DNA of 64,000 nt from an uncultured Armatimonadetes bacterium (GTDB lineage Bacteria; Armatimonadota; UBA5829; DTJY01), in contig OY970325.1 in NCBI GenBank assembly GCA_963717145.1, positions 2,048,001-2,112,000 on the forward strand, in the 5' to 3' direction. How positions within the stretch are numbered: the first letter of the stretch is position 1; each line of letters begins with the position of its first letter. Both the position numbers and the translations under genes were made by a program. Under the pieces are notes generated by a model, which ran no database searches, was not told where the DNA came from, and saw only the letters and a list, made by a program, of their open reading frames with translations. This document shows positions 13,170 through 23,083 of this stretch, one piece after another.

Positions 13170-14282
13170 CTAGCTCCTGTCCACTATCTCGAGGAACCGC
13201 TTGAACAGATATCCGCTGTCCCTCGGGCCGGGAGACGCCTCCGGGTGGTACTGGACCGAGAAGATCGGCAGCTCCATGTGCCGTAGACCCTCGACCGTGC
13301 CGTCGTTCATGTTGACGTGCGCCACCTCCGCGCCGGAGCCTTTGAGACCCTCGGGATCGACCGCATAGCCGTGGTTCTGGGAGGTGATGTAGACGCGCCC
13401 GGTCGCCTTGTCCTGCACCGGATGATTCCCGCCTCGGTGGCCGAACTTGAGCTTGAAGGTCTCGCTCCCGAACGCGCGCCCGAGAATCTGGTGTCCGAGG
13501 CATATCCCCATGATCGGCTTCTTCCCGATGCACTTCCTTACGTTCTCCAGCGCATAATCGAGCCTCGCGGGATCGCCCGGTCCCGGCGAGAAAACGATGC
13601 CGTCGGGATCCGACTCGAGAATCGCTTCGGCCGGATAGTCGCACGGGTAGACGGTCACCTTGTAGCCGAGGCCCGCCAGATTGCGCATGATGTTGTACTT
13701 CACGCCGTAATCTACCAGCGCGATGTGTCGCTGTTCGCTGAGGGGCGCGCCCTCGACACCATCGCAGACCGACTGTCCCTGCCAGGTGTACGGCTTGTCG
13801 ATCGAGACCTTGCGCACGAAGTCGATCAGCCCGTAGTCCGGCGACTCCTCGATCGTCTTCAGCAGTTCCGCGGGCGATGCCTCGGTCGAGATCGCGCCCA
13901 TCATGACTCCGCGCACCCTGAGATGCTTCGTAAGCATCCGGGTGTCGATCCCCTTGATGCCGACGACGCCGTGGCCGGTCAGGAACTCGTCGAGCGAGCC
14001 GACCGACCGCCAGTTGCTCGGCGCGTCGCAGAGGCGCTTGATGATGAACCCGGCGACCTGCACTCCGCGGGATTCGAAGTCCTGCGGCGAGACGCCGTAG
14101 TTGCCGATCAGCGGATATGTCATGGTGAGGAGCTGTCCGGCGAACGATGGGTCGGTGAGCATCTCCTGGTAGCCGGTCATACAGGTACTGAAGACCGCCT
14201 CACCGAGCGTCGTACCGTTCGCCCCCAGGGATTCACCCTCGAATGTTGTACCGTCCGAAAGGACGAGGATCGATTTCTTCAC
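13170..14282 (-). CDS. carA: Carbamoyl-phosphate synthase small subunit
   Basis: TGYQE.LTDPS, SPGPGDP, GICLGHQ, SQNHG, QYHPE; GTG start after GGAG. Confidence 0.97.
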   Translation of the reverse strand: MKKSILVLSDGTTFEGESLGANGTTLGEAVFSTCMTGYQEMLTDPSFAGQLLTMTYPLIGNYGVSPQDFESRGVQVAGFIIKRLCDAPSNWRSVGSLDEFLTGHGVVGIKGIDTRMLTKHLRVRGVMMGAISTEASPAELLKTIEESPDYGLIDFVRKVSIDKPYTWQGQSVCDGVEGAPLSEQRHIALVDYGVKYNIMRNLAGLGYKVTVYPCDYPAEAILESDPDGIVFSPGPGDPARLDYALENVRKCIGKKPIMGICLGHQILGRAFGSETFKLKFGHRGGNHPVQDKATGRVYITSQNHGYAVDPEGLKGSGAEVAHVNMNDGTVEGLRHMELPIFSVQYHPEASPGPRDSGYLFKRFLEIVDRS

Positions 14283-14294
14283 AGTGTAACTCCA

Positions 14295-14378
14295 CATGGT
14301 TGATGGTTTATGGTTTATGGTTTATGGTTGATGCGGACCCAGTCTGCCATCAACCATGAACCATCAACCATCAACCAT
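14295..14378. repeat. Inverted arrays of ATGGTTN/NAACCAT heptamers between pyrE and carA
   Basis: Five NATGGTT units, a short spacer, then four AACCATN units. Confidence 0.88.
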
Positions 14379-14386
14379 ACTCTCTC

Positions 14387-14989
14387 TCATGCTTTGCCGA
14401 ATTGATTCTCGGCGATGAATGTGCGCACGTTGTCACGCACCTCCTCGAAGACCCTGCCCTGCCTGACCAGCGAGTCGAGCGCCTGGGAGAGCGTCGTGAG
14501 CGCGTGCAACCTGTAGCCCATCCCGGCCAGTATTTCGCCGCCGCCCTGCTCGCGGTCGAGGATGATCGCCACATCACTGACCTGAAGGCCTGCCCACGTG
14601 AGCGGTCTGATCGCCTCGATCTTCGCCCCGCCGTCGGTGATCACGTCATCGACGATGAGCACCCGCTCTCCCTGCTCGTACTTGCCCTCGATCGTCTTGC
14701 CCGTGCCGTAATCCTTGGCTTCCTTGCGCGGGTAGATCATCGGCAGATTGCCCGCGAGGGACATCGCCACCGCGATCGGAAGCCCGGCATACGGCAGCCC
14801 GGCGATCCGGTCGAACTCGAGCGGGCGGACCATCTCGACCATCTTCTCCGCGACCATCGCCAACGCATCCGGGTGTGAGACCAGGACGCGGAAGTCGACG
14901 TAGACCGGCGACATGATCCCGCTCTTCAGCTTGAACTCGCCGAACTTGATGCATCCGATATCGAAAAGATCATTGTATAGCGTATCCAT
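14387..14989 (-). CDS. pyrE: Orotate phosphoribosyltransferase
   Basis: KFGEFKLKSGIMSPVYVDFR, RKEAKDYG, IVDDVITDGG. Confidence 0.95.
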   Translation of the reverse strand: MDTLYNDLFDIGCIKFGEFKLKSGIMSPVYVDFRVLVSHPDALAMVAEKMVEMVRPLEFDRIAGLPYAGLPIAVAMSLAGNLPMIYPRKEAKDYGTGKTIEGKYEQGERVLIVDDVITDGGAKIEAIRPLTWAGLQVSDVAIILDREQGGGEILAGMGYRLHALTTLSQALDSLVRQGRVFEEVRDNVRTFIAENQFGKA

Positions 14990-15044
14990 ACTGTACGTTC
15001 TCCTGTGCCCTTTCCGTTTGACCCTTTCGGTCCAGCCTAGGTCA

Positions 15045-15740
15045 TCAGAGTTTTATCGCCTCTGCAATCAGCACCAGTTTACGAAAAGCATGCGTTTTGC
15101 ATGGCGCTGTGTCGTACGGATTACTACCGGTTTCCGAGTTCGACACCATCAAGGTAACTCTAAAGGTACCCGTGCTCACGTAAAGCTCCCGGGCCCTCGC
15201 AGCACCCAAGGCGACATCAGCAGCGCTCAATGATTCTTCCTGCTGACCACCCATAGAATCCACAACTTCTAAGTGCACGCTACCAAAGCCAAGATCAGGA
15301 ACGGAAGCAGTTACCCTGACCCATTGCTTGCTAGTAGCCCAATGGAACTCTATTTCTCTGGACTGAGACTTGTAGCCAAAGTCTGGGTCTGCCGGACCAA
15401 CTGGCAAAGTGATCTTCTGAGGTTTCGGGTTGGGATCAGACCTCGACCTCTCCTCAGTTGTCTGCTCGCCAGGCGGCTCGGCCCTATGGCCATTCCAGCT
15501 TTCTCCTGGCGGTCTCATAGTGTCCGCTTGTCCTGAAATGGGGGTAGTGGCGGTATTGCCTTGCGATTGCCCTCTGTTTGACCTACCGCTTTCGGTCACA
15601 CTAGGCGGGTGAGACGACGGCAAGGCATCACTGGACCGCTGCCTGCCAGGGAATTGCATCACCATTATCAGAACCGCGATGATCGTACCAACCGCGCCTA
15701 TTGCGGTCCAAACGAGCTGTGGGTTGTAACCTGACTTCAT
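15045..15740 (-). CDS. Hypothetical membrane-anchored protein
   Basis: N-terminal TM, low-complexity linker, beta-rich C-terminus; visibly more AT-rich than its neighbours. Confidence 0.6.
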   Translation of the reverse strand: MKSGYNPQLVWTAIGAVGTIIAVLIMVMQFPGRQRSSDALPSSHPPSVTESGRSNRGQSQGNTATTPISGQADTMRPPGESWNGHRAEPPGEQTTEERSRSDPNPKPQKITLPVGPADPDFGYKSQSREIEFHWATSKQWVRVTASVPDLGFGSVHLEVVDSMGGQQEESLSAADVALGAARARELYVSTGTFRVTLMVSNSETGSNPYDTAPCKTHAFRKLVLIAEAIKL

Positions 15741-15815
15741 GATGACTCCTCTAGACGAATCCCGTCTCTCAAGCCGTGAGTCGAGGTCTACACGCCACTC
15801 CACCGTTGTACAATG

Positions 15816-16808
15816 CTAGTTTCTGCATACCTGGACTGCCCTCCCCGTTCGCGCCGACTCGATCGCGGCCTCCATGACCGCGACCGCCGCCCGTGCTTCC
15901 GGGCCGCCGGTCTCCGGACGCTTGCCCGTGACGATGCACTCGGCGAACTCCCGGTATTCATCCGCGATCAGATCGAGCTTCTCGCACGGGATGTCCGTGA
16001 GGTTGCCGTCGACATCGTAAAGCTTCAGATTCGACCTCAGGCAGTCGACCTCGATGTAGCCGTCCGTGCCGTAGATGCATGTTTCGGTCTTCGCGGGCGA
16101 GACATAGGTGTCGCCGATGTAGCCGAGCATGCCCGCCTTGAAGCGAACGATCACCTGCGTGACCTCGTCGATCTCGCACGGGAGGCACTTCTTGGCGAAC
16201 ATGGCATTGACCTCGACCGCCGGACCGACCAGATAGTGCATCGTCTCGATCTGATGGATGCCGAGCAGGTTGAGCGGCCCGCCGGGACACTTCTCGTTGT
16301 ACCAGCGCCACTGGCCTTCCTTGAGGGTCCATCCTCCACGGTGCGACTGATGGCCCTCGAGCATGACGACCTCGCCGATCCGACCCTCGTCGATGAGCTG
16401 TCTGGCCTTCCGAACCGCCGGAATGCGTCGAAGGCAGTGACCGACCTGCAGCAGGACGCCCGCATCCTCGCACGCGCCAATGATCCGGTCGCACTCCTGA
16501 AGCGTATTGGCGAGCGGCTTCTCGACGAATATGTGCTTCCCGCGCCCGGCGACCTCTACGGCGACGGGAGTATGGACATGGTTCGGGATGACGAGGATCA
16601 CGCCCTCGATGGATTCGTCACCGAGCACTTCCTCCCACGATACGGCGGGAGGAACCGGCATCTCGATCCGCCGCTGCTCGATCACCTCGGGACTGGCGTC
16701 GAACCAGGTGACGAGATCGAGCACGTCGGCCGTGGCTCTCACCGCCTCGATGCTTCTTTCGCCTCCCCAGCCGCCCAGACCGACCAGAGCAACTCGTGCT
16801 TTCCTCAA
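15816..16808 (-). CDS. Gfo/Idh/MocA family oxidoreductase
   Basis: VGLGGWG, HIFVEKP, GIHQI. Confidence 0.92.
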   Translation of the reverse strand: MRKARVALVGLGGWGGERSIEAVRATADVLDLVTWFDASPEVIEQRRIEMPVPPAVSWEEVLGDESIEGVILVIPNHVHTPVAVEVAGRGKHIFVEKPLANTLQECDRIIGACEDAGVLLQVGHCLRRIPAVRKARQLIDEGRIGEVVMLEGHQSHRGGWTLKEGQWRWYNEKCPGGPLNLLGIHQIETMHYLVGPAVEVNAMFAKKCLPCEIDEVTQVIVRFKAGMLGYIGDTYVSPAKTETCIYGTDGYIEVDCLRSNLKLYDVDGNLTDIPCEKLDLIADEYREFAECIVTGKRPETGGPEARAAVAVMEAAIESARTGRAVQVCRN

Positions 16809-16826
16809 ACCGCTACCTCACTGAAT

Positions 16827-16906
16827 CTCAGACCGCAGACCTTAGACATTGGACCTTAGACCCAAGGCCCAATATCCAAAGTCCAGCGTCCAAGGTCTAA
16901 AGTCTA
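16827..16906. repeat. Inverted degenerate heptamer arrays (CTTAGAC/GTCTAA) at the pyrC 3' end
   Basis: CTCAGAC CGCAGAC CTTAGAC ATTGGAC CTTAGAC ... GTCCAAG GTCTAAA GTCTA. Confidence 0.7.
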
Positions 16907-18166
16907 TCCCCAACTATCTTCCCGCCGACGATGGTCTTGACCGGAAGCCCGGTGAGCCTCCGCCCGCCGAGCGGTGTGTTCTTCGACCGTGACTCGAACT
17001 TCGAGGGATCGACCACCCATTCGGCGTCGAGATCGATCACTGTCACGTCGGCCGGCGACCCGACCTCGAGTGAGCCACCCTCGACCCCAAGCACGCGCGC
17101 GGGAGCGAATGACATCTTCTCTATCGCATCCGCGAGCGTGAGGGTTCCCGGTTTCACCAATTCGGTAACCGTCAGCCCGACCGCCGTCTCGAGGCCGACC
17201 ATGCCGTTGAGCGCGACTGCGAACTCGGTCTCCTTCTCTTCGATTGCGTGCGGAGCGTGATCGGTGGCGATGACATCGATCGTGCCGTCCGCGAGTCCCT
17301 CCTTGATCGCCGCCACGTCGTCCGCGGTACGGAGCGGCGGGTTGATCTTCGCGTTAGTGTCATATCCCACGACGGCCTCTTCGGTGAGCGTGAAATACTG
17401 CGGGCAGGTCTCGCACGTGACCCTGACGCCGTCTTCCTTCGCGCGCCGGATCAGGTTGACCGAACCCATCGTGCTCACGTGCTGGATGTGCAGCCGGCAG
17501 CCGGTCATCCGCGCGAGCGTGATGTTGCGGGCGACCATGACCTCCTCCGCCTCGTGGGAGATCCCCTTCAGGCCGAGGATCGTGGACGTCAGGCCCTCGT
17601 TCATGAAGCCCTCCGCGCTGAGTGAAAGATCCTCGCAGTGGACGACGACCGGCACGTCGAGCATCGCGCAGTACTCCATCACACGGCGCATGATGATCGA
17701 ACTCTGGATCGGAAATGCGTCGTCGGTGAACGCAACCGCCCCACCCTCGCGCATGTCGCCCATCTCAGCCATCTCTTCGCCCTGGAGGCCCTTGGTGAGC
17801 GCGCCCATCGGATAGACTCTCACCAGTCCGACCTCGTCCGCACGCCCGAGAATCGACTCGATCACCGAACGGTTGTCGGCCACCGGATTCGTGTTCGGCA
17901 TGCAGGCGACCGCGGTGAATCCCACCGGCGGCCGCGGCTCTCGATCCGGACTCTATATCCTCTTTATACTCGAAGCCCGGCTCTCGGAGGTGGACGTGCA
18001 TGTCTATCAGACCAGGGAGCACGACCTTGCCGGAGACGTCGATCACCTCATCGGCGGTCTCGATCTCGCCGATCTGCGCGATCTTGCCGTCCTCGATGAG
18101 CAGATCGGCGACCTTGTCGAGGTGCTGAGACGGATCAACGATTCGTCCACCCTTAAGCAGCAACAT
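16897..18166 (-). CDS. pyrC: Dihydroorotase (frameshift near 17925)
   Basis: [35 protein letters not shown] across two ORFs. Confidence 0.94.
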
Positions 18167-19167
18167 CGGCGGGACCTCCTCCCAGCAGCAGATAGAGCAG
18201 CGCCATCCGGACCGCGACGCCGTTCGTCACCTGGGTCTCGACCATCGAAACGCTCGAATCGGCGACATCGGGCATGATCTCGACGCCGCGGTTCATCGGC
18301 CCGGGATGCATCACGATCACGTCGCCCTTGGCGTGCTTCAGGCGTTCCTTTGTGATGCCGAAAAACTTGGAATACTCGCGGATGCTCGGGAAGAGCCCCT
18401 TCTGCATCCGTTCGAGCTGAATCCGCAGGACGTTCACGACATCGACGCCCCTGATCCCCTCTTCGACGTTCGTGTAGACCTCGCACGGAAGCTTCTCGGC
18501 TTCCGGCGGCATGAGCGTCCTCGGCCCGCACGAGCCGAACCTTCGCGCCCATCTTCGTCAGACCCCAGAGGTTGGAGCGCGCGACCCGACTGTGCAGGAT
18601 GTCGCCGACGATCGCGACCGTCAAGCCTTCGAGCGTCCCCTTCGCCTCGAGGATCGTGAGCATGTCGAGGAGTCCCTGGCTCGGGTGCTCGTGCATGCCG
18701 TCGCCGGCGTTGATGACCGACTCCGGGATCAGGCTCGCGGCGAAGGCGGGAGCGCCGGATGCGCCGTGCCGGATGACGAAGACGTCCGGTTTCATGGCCC
18801 GCAAGGTCAGGATCGTGTCCTTGAACGACTCACCCTTCGCCACGCTGCTCGAGGCAACCGCGATGCTCGACGTGTCGGCGCTCAGGATCTTGGCCGCGAT
18901 CTCGAATGAGGTCCTCGTGCGCGTGCTCGCCTCGTAGAACAGCGTGATCACCGACCGTCCTCTGAGCGTCGGGACCTTCTTGATCTGGCGTCCGAGGATG
19001 TCCTTGAAGGAGATCGCCGTCTGAAGAATCAGCTCGATCTCTTCAGCGGACATCTCTTGCAGGCCGAGGATGTCCTTGCGCTTCAGGCGTGACCTCGCTC
19101 CGTCCGGCGCGGTCGGGATGACCACCGGCCTGTCCACGGATTCCTTGATCTGCTTAAGACTCGTCAT
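18153..19167 (-). CDS. pyrB: Aspartate carbamoyltransferase catalytic subunit (frameshift near 18530)
   Basis: [41 protein letters not shown]. Confidence 0.95.
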
Positions 19168-19192
19168 GCCGTACCTCCACTGAGCAGACCTT

Positions 19193-19310
19193 CTCTGCCT
19201 CCGACCGTAGGGGCGATCCTTCAACGGTCGCCCGCCTGGTTAGGAATCTGCTCTGGTCCTCCGTCACGCGGGCGACCGTTGAAGGATCGCCCCTACGGTC
19301 GGAGGCAGAG
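19193..19310. repeat. GTAGGGGCG-type REP palindrome between pyrR and pyrB
   Basis: Perfect 43-bp arms at 19193-19235 and 19268-19310. Confidence 0.9.
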
Positions 19311-19313
19311 CGG

Positions 19314-20057
<744 letters not shown>

Positions 20058-20070
20058 TTAAGTTTCACAC

Positions 20071-20100
20071 ACTATACCAGGCGCCTCCCCACCGTGTCAA
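20071..20100 (-). promoter_or_regulatory. Sigma70-type promoter of the pyr operon
   Basis: TTGACA, 18-nt spacer, TATAGT with extended -10 TG. Confidence 0.75.
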
Positions 20101-20139
20101 TAGGCTTTTTTTGGCGCGCGTTCTTTTGCATCGGAGCTT

Positions 20140-20205
20140 GTCATTCTGAGCGGAGCGAAGAATCTGTCTGCGCGGGGCTTGGCTCTTCACTCCGCGCAGA
20201 ATGAC
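20140..20205. repeat. GTCATTCTGAGC-family palindromic repeat
   Basis: GTCATTCTGAGCGGAGCGAAGAATC...GCAGAATGAC; relatives at 21339, 40249 and 47404. Confidence 0.8.
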
Positions 20206-20263
20206 GACGGTGCTTATTGTCGTAAGACCGGGCAGCGAAAAAATTTCCCCGGTACTCCTCGAA

Positions 20264-20279
20264 TGGCACGGTTCTTGCA
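20264..20279 (+). promoter_or_regulatory. Sigma54 (-24/-12) promoter upstream of the PEP-CTERM gene
   Basis: TGGCACG-GTTC-TTGCA, exact consensus. Confidence 0.8.
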
Positions 20280-20368
20280 CTTAGCACTGGTGTACATGTG
20301 ACGCAACAAGCGTATCTCACCCCCCACGTGAGGAGAAGCATATAATCGCGGAAAGGACAGGGACTACT

Positions 20369-21244
20369 ATGAAAGCAATAGCTTGGCCAGTGGTTTTCAT
20401 GACCGTTCTGGCAGGACTTCTAACCCTGCCAGGGACGGCGAGCGCGAGATCCGCGGGGGACAACGCGTTCTTAATCGAGTATGCGAGCACTGTCGAAGGA
20501 CTTGTAGGGCAGGTTGATGACAGCCGGCTTCTGGTGCTGCGTTACGCCAAGTTCTACAAAGCCGATCCATCGACGGTCATCACGTACTTCAAGAACGAAC
20601 TGTCGATTGAGGAACTGACCGAGGATATCGAGGTCAATGTCTATCATCGGAAGGGCACCGACTTCGAGGGCGTTCTGACAAAGTTCAAGAAGGGAACGAA
20701 GGTTTTCGTAAACCGGAATGGGATTCCCATCCTGCAGCTCGGATCAGGCAACCCGATGGTCGATTCGCTGCCGGGCAGCGACGTCAAGAAGCTGCCGAAC
20801 AAGCCTGAGAATGGCACGCAGCCGACAACGCCGCCAAACGGTACGCAGGCAGTGACGAACCCGCCACCGACCACAACGACGCCGCCGCCGACAACGACGA
20901 CTGCGCCGCCGGTCGAGATTGCGAACAATCAGTTGCCTACAACCGTGCCTGGAGCGGCGACATCACCGCTCGGCGCGCCGGCTGAGCCGGTCTCCGCAGT
21001 TCTTGCGTCCGGTCCGATCGAGACGATCACAAGAGGCGGCTCGGGAATCGGCCGGTTGGCAGGATGGATTCTGCCCGTAGGTCTTGCAGGAGCGGCGCTG
21101 ATGGGCGCCGGCGGAGGTGGAGGCGGCAACCCGCCCAACACACCGGATCCCGTCGTGCCAGAGCCCGGAGGTATCCTTGCACTCGGAACGGGTGTGGTCT
21201 CTCTCGCAAGCATGGCTTATCATCGGCGAATCAGAAGACGGTAG
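20369..21244 (+). CDS. PEP-CTERM sorting-domain protein
   Basis: Signal peptide, Pro/Thr linker, C-terminal VPEP + hydrophobic helix + RRIRRR. Confidence 0.88.
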   Translation: MKAIAWPVVFMTVLAGLLTLPGTASARSAGDNAFLIEYASTVEGLVGQVDDSRLLVLRYAKFYKADPSTVITYFKNELSIEELTEDIEVNVYHRKGTDFEGVLTKFKKGTKVFVNRNGIPILQLGSGNPMVDSLPGSDVKKLPNKPENGTQPTTPPNGTQAVTNPPPTTTTPPPTTTTAPPVEIANNQLPTTVPGAATSPLGAPAEPVSAVLASGPIETITRGGSGIGRLAGWILPVGLAGAALMGAGGGGGGNPPNTPDPVVPEPGGILALGTGVVSLASMAYHRRIRRR

Positions 21245-21338
21245 TCTGAGGTCCCTGCTCATATTCCCTTAGGGGGAGATGGAGAACGGCAAGACCTGCC
21301 GATCTCCATCTCCCCCATTTGCATTTCAGGCCGCCTGC

Positions 21339-21537
21339 TGTCATTCTGAGCGAAGTGAAGAATCTGGCGTTTGAACTGCCCTCGGTAGCCAGATTCCTCA
21401 CTTCGCTCCTAAGAAAACGCCGATCCCCTGACGACTCCCGTCGTCGGGGCCGCCGCCCGACGACGGGAGTCGTCAGGGGATCGGCGTTTTCTGCTGGAAA
21501 TAACCGCGTTCTGCGCGGTTCGTTGCTCAGAATGACA
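21339..21537. repeat. Nested palindromes: GTCATTCTGAGC element containing a perfect 37-bp-arm palindrome
   Basis: Inner arms 21412-21448 and 21456-21492; outer ends TGTCATTCTGAGC / GCTCAGAATGACA. Confidence 0.85.
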
Positions 21538-21550
21538 TGAATAACGCAGG

Positions 21551-22900
21551 CTAGATCTTCCAGGGCTTGCGCATCGGACGGTTGATGAACTGATTCGCCT
21601 CGTCGTCGTTGATGAATAGCTCCTTCTCGGGGTCCCAGTTCAGCCTCCGACCATGCAGGCGGAGCGAGATATTCCCCAGGTGGCAGATGCTCACCGAGCG
21701 ATGGCCGATCTCGGCATCGCAGATCGGCTGCTTCCGGCTTCGGATGCAATCCACGAAGTCCTTGCGGTGGTCGTTCGACTCGTAGAGCTTGATGGCATTG
21801 GCGGGAAGCGGATCATCGAGCAGCTTCTGATCGCTCGCACGGAGCGCGCCTCTGCTCACGAAGATCCAGCCCTCTTCGCCTTCGAAGTGGACGCCGTTTT
21901 CGCCCTCATTGGTGGCAATCAGCGGTGTGCCGTCCGCATACGTATACGTGACCCCGAACTCCGGAAACGTGTTGTAGCAGTTCTGTCCAACCTTCTCAGG
22001 CGGCACGCCCGTCGCCTCTATCTTGACGGGACCTGTGCGATCGGTGCCGAGTCCCCACTGGGCGATGTCGTTGTGGTGCGCGCCCCAGTCGGTCATCATG
22101 CCGCCGGAGTACTCGAGCCACCATCGGAAGGTGCCGTGCGTACGCTCGGTGAACGTAGTCGGTGTAGAACGCCGGGCCGAGCCACATGTCCCAGTCGAGG
22201 TCGGATGGGATCGGCTTCGCCTCGAACGGACCGCCAGTGGGGCCGCCGGGCAGATGCGCCTCGACCCACTTGATCTTGCCGATCCGGCCGTTCCGCACCA
22301 GTTCGCATGCCTTCCGGAACTGGCTCTCGGAGCGCTGCTGGCTGCCGGTCTGGAACACGCGCTGGTCTCCCTCCAGACCTGGACGAGCTTCTTGCCCTCG
22401 TCGATGGTCAGCGTGAGCGGCTTCTCGCAGTAGACATCCTTGCCGGCCTTCATGGCCGCGATGCAGATGATCGTGTGCCAGTGATCGGGTGTGCCGATGA
22501 CGACTGCGTCGATGTCCTTACGGCTGAGAAGCTCGCGGAAGTCCTTGTAGCCCTTGCAGTCCGGCCCGAATTCCTTCACGGCCTCAGCAAGATGCTGGGC
22601 ATCCACATCACAAGCCGCCACGCACTTGCAGCCTTCGACGCCGGCAATGCCTCTTGCATCACCCAGGCCCATCCGGTATCCGCCCTTGCTTCCCCCGGGG
22701 CCGATGACGCCAAACTGGATCGTGTCATTCGGACCGATCTTCCGCGTCTTCGGAGCAGGCTTCGGCTTGCCGAAGTAGTCGTCCGCCGATGCATCCGCGG
22801 CCTTGGATATCACGATCGGCAGACCAACAGCGGCCAAGCCCGACAGTGAGCCGGTCAGAAACCGGCGTCTCGATATCCCTGAATCTTTCTCGTTCTCCAC
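21551..22900 (-). CDS. Tat-exported Gfo/Idh/MocA oxidoreductase (compensating frameshifts near 22150 and 22360)
   Basis: SRRRFL Tat motif, TPDHWH, YCEKP, DWGAHH; the middle part (QTGSQQRS..LDWDMWLGPA) is in an alternate frame. Confidence 0.9.
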   Translation of the reverse strand: MENEKDSGISRRRFLTGSLSGLAAVGLPIVISKAADASADDYFGKPKPAPKTRKIGPNDTIQFGVIGPGGSKGGYRMGLGDARGIAGVEGCKCVAACDVDAQHLAEAVKEFGPDCKGYKDFRELLSRKDIDAVVIGTPDHWHTIICIAAMKAGKDVYCEKPLTLTIDEGKKLVQVWRETSACSRPAASSAPRASSGRHANWCGTAGSARSSGSRRICPAAPLAVRSRRSRSHPTSTGTCGSARRSTPTTFTERTHGTFRWWLEYSGGMMTDWGAHHNDIAQWGLGTDRTGPVKIEATGVPPEKVGQNCYNTFPEFGVTYTYADGTPLIATNEGENGVHFEGEEGWIFVSRGALRASDQKLLDDPLPANAIKLYESNDHRKDFVDCIRSRKQPICDAEIGHRSVSICHLGNISLRLHGRRLNWDPEKELFINDDEANQFINRPMRKPWKI

Positions 22901-23083
22901 TCAGAACCCTCCCATACTAGTTGAAGCATGGAAGCGCACGCACTCCCACCTTTACCGATTCGTTACGCACCGGTGACTGATTGTCCTTCCCGGCATTGAC
23001 ACTTCATCATTGCCGTGATACCATATCTCAGGATTACCGATCTGCTTCCCTCCGTGCCCTCTGTGTCTCCTTGGTTGGTTCTC

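Noticed and set aside
12721-13644. 307-aa ORF as a single protein
   Set aside because: N-terminal part is an alternate frame of carA; the real HEPN gene starts at ATG 13164
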